Shown one piece after another: positions 62,089-64,000 of a DNA stretch of 64,000 bases. The notes below the pieces were generated by a model. It was not told the DNA's origin, did not search any database, and worked only from the letters and a program-made list of their open reading frames with translations. The translations under genes were made by a program, and so were the position numbers. This DNA is from Haliotis cracherodii (taxonomy: Eukaryota): assembly GCF_022045235.1 (NCBI RefSeq), contig NW_027266341.1, positions 6,138,001 to 6,202,000 on the forward strand, written 5' to 3'. The first letter of the stretch is position 1; each line of letters opens with the position of its first letter.

Positions 62089-62899
62089 TATATACCATCA
62101 TCTTAATATCCTCTGTTTGTGAATTTTAAGGATTTTGAACACGTATCGTCAACATAAAGTGTTCGAGTTCATAAATAGAGGAAATCGTCAACATTCCTCA
62201 TAATACAATTTGTGTCTCTGAGTCATAAGACAATTTGAATTTGAATGTCAGTTAACTTTACACTCATTTTTTTTAAGAAAAGAAAGGCCCCGGTTCTTCA
62301 TGCCTTAAAGTGATGGCATCAAACTTTTATCAGTATTGGAGGCTATATTTATTATAGTTAACACAAATGACATGATATTTGTTCTTATTTCATAAATTAT
62401 TCGTTTCCTTAATGACCATTCCATTTATTTTCCTCTGTACAAATTCCTAATGATGACGGTATTGCAGGAAAGGTTAATCCATTCAACGGAGACTTCGTGC
62501 TTTATCAAAATACAATTTTAAGCAACCTTATCATCCATCGTTCTCCCGTTTCGCAAAGAATGCTTTCAGCGACTTTATGTTATTTCAACAGAGATTGATA
62601 AATTTGTTTTACTGTAATTGTATGTACTATATCACAGCGTTTTCAAACAAATAACATATTTACATAACATGATCGGATAATAAACGAGCGCCTCTAAATC
62701 AATATACTGCCTACAAATTACATTTAGAGGAGCAATTTACAGATAATGTATCTTTTTTTTCCATACATCTTGTTAATGGCTTAGGGATGAGATACAGATA
62801 TTGTAAAAAATAGCCTGTCATTAGTGTTAAGCCTCATAATTGATAGATTTTAGTCCCTTATGACAATAAAGTGGGGATTTAAGCTATTTTCGTTAAATA

Positions 62900-63200
62900 T
62901 GATCTCATTAAAAATATATCCAACCTGTTAGTTTTAATTTACTTTATAGATTTTTATAAAATGGCAAAAGTGAAGATATATGAAGTCGGCTGGGTAGTAT
63001 TCCCTGCCTCTGCCATTAACATTCCTATTATAGAAACATACGACATCATTCTTACTCAAATGTTCATAAAAGCCATTTCCAGTTGTCAAGCAGCAGTTTA
63101 TCTATCGTCAACATTAAAATTGCATGACGTTCAACTTTGCAACTTTATTTCCAATACAGGTCCCATCAATCAAGAAGATGTCCAAATAGAGCAGTTTTAT
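62900..63200 (-). mobile_element. Possible decayed LINE endonuclease N-terminus
   Basis: KLNVMQF..(NV)..FYEHLSKNDVVCF resembles the APE start (L.I..WNV.GL..F..L..YDIIC.ETW); weak. Confidence 0.3.
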
Positions 63201-63784
63201 TTGACGAAAGTTTGTCACCAGATCCCGCCCACATTGCTGATTGATGCATGTAACCTCGAACCCATGTGCGACTGTCCCGATATAGCATATGATATATGAC
63301 TCTTCGGAGACTAAGCATGACAAGGTATCAACTGTTAAGAGTGTTTATTAATATTTAATTCAAATGGTGGAGAATATCGTATTTGCTTGATAAAGCGATG
63401 AGATGAGTGATAATAGAAACTACCCACTGTTGAGAGGAGATAGACGAAAGTATATACTGATAGTTCAAGCTTTGTGTTTGGTTCCTTGGAACGGGAATGC
63501 CGTTTCCTTTAAAATTGATTTTGGCATTTTCCTGATCTGCTTGCTATTTCGACTGTGTAGTCATCTGACGATAGTTCAACACAGCTATATCCGTTTTTAT
63601 TTATTTTTATATTTAATTACAATATAACATCTTATAAATACTTAAATTGAATATAAATGGCAATTAGTCATTATGAGTAACAAAATTCACCTTATTATCT
63701 TATAATTCATTTTGCGTTTACTCTTCACAAAACATTTTGGCTGTTTTAATACATGAGCTACGTCTCAGTTTCTAACTAGGCTTC

Positions 63785-64000
63785 GAACTTTAGTTGTAGA
63801 TAAAGACCGCTTTAATTGCCCCTGTCATGAAGTTGTAGAAGTCAGCATTTCTCGCCGCTTTTCTTTGATAGAATCTCTCAGACGATGAAGCAAATCAGCA
63901 TAGAAGGCACCGGTAATCGTCTTTTGACTTTCTAAATAATTATAACACGTATCACACCCTTTGCATCAGAATATAGTGGCCATAACTTTCTTCGATGACC
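63785..64000 (-). mobile_element. mariner fragment, same family as 17101-18370; runs off window end
   Basis: GTCAGCATTTCTCGCCGCTTT..GATGAAGCAAATCAGCATAG.AGGCACCGGTAAT..GTGGCCATAACTTTCTTC matches 17446-17600. Confidence 0.9.

Noticed and set aside
62961-63299. 112-aa plus-strand ORF as a gene
   Set aside because: No known motif; the opposite strand looks more like a decayed LINE endonuclease start.

Overview
AT-rich metazoan genomic DNA (repeat content suggests a mollusc, probably a gastropod; inference), not prokaryotic. No intact host gene is evident: the window is a transposon/repeat graveyard. Main content: (1) a nested cluster at 2.4-12.9 kb in which a decayed LINE is interrupted by a CACTA/EnSpm-type end next to a 720-bp duplication and by a ~5.3-kb Sola-type DDD transposon. 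That transposon carries, besides its transposase, an upstream F-box/LRR cargo gene in the same reading frame, itself split by a hAT-type MITE. (2) Two inverted segmental duplications (1-1095 vs 12961-14035; ~14060-14860 vs 16160-17050). (3) mariner and Tc1 relics, LINE RT, R4/Dong and Penelope-like RT fragments. (4) Four SINE-like families sharing a related 3' tail. (5) Large tandem arrays (30-bp, 49-bp, 51-bp, CCCAGC hexamer, microsatellites). (6) A class A GPCR pseudogene fragment and a degenerate minimal hammerhead ribozyme motif. The most interesting object is the F-box/LRR-carrying Sola element. All coordinates were read by eye; boundaries of decayed elements are approximate.
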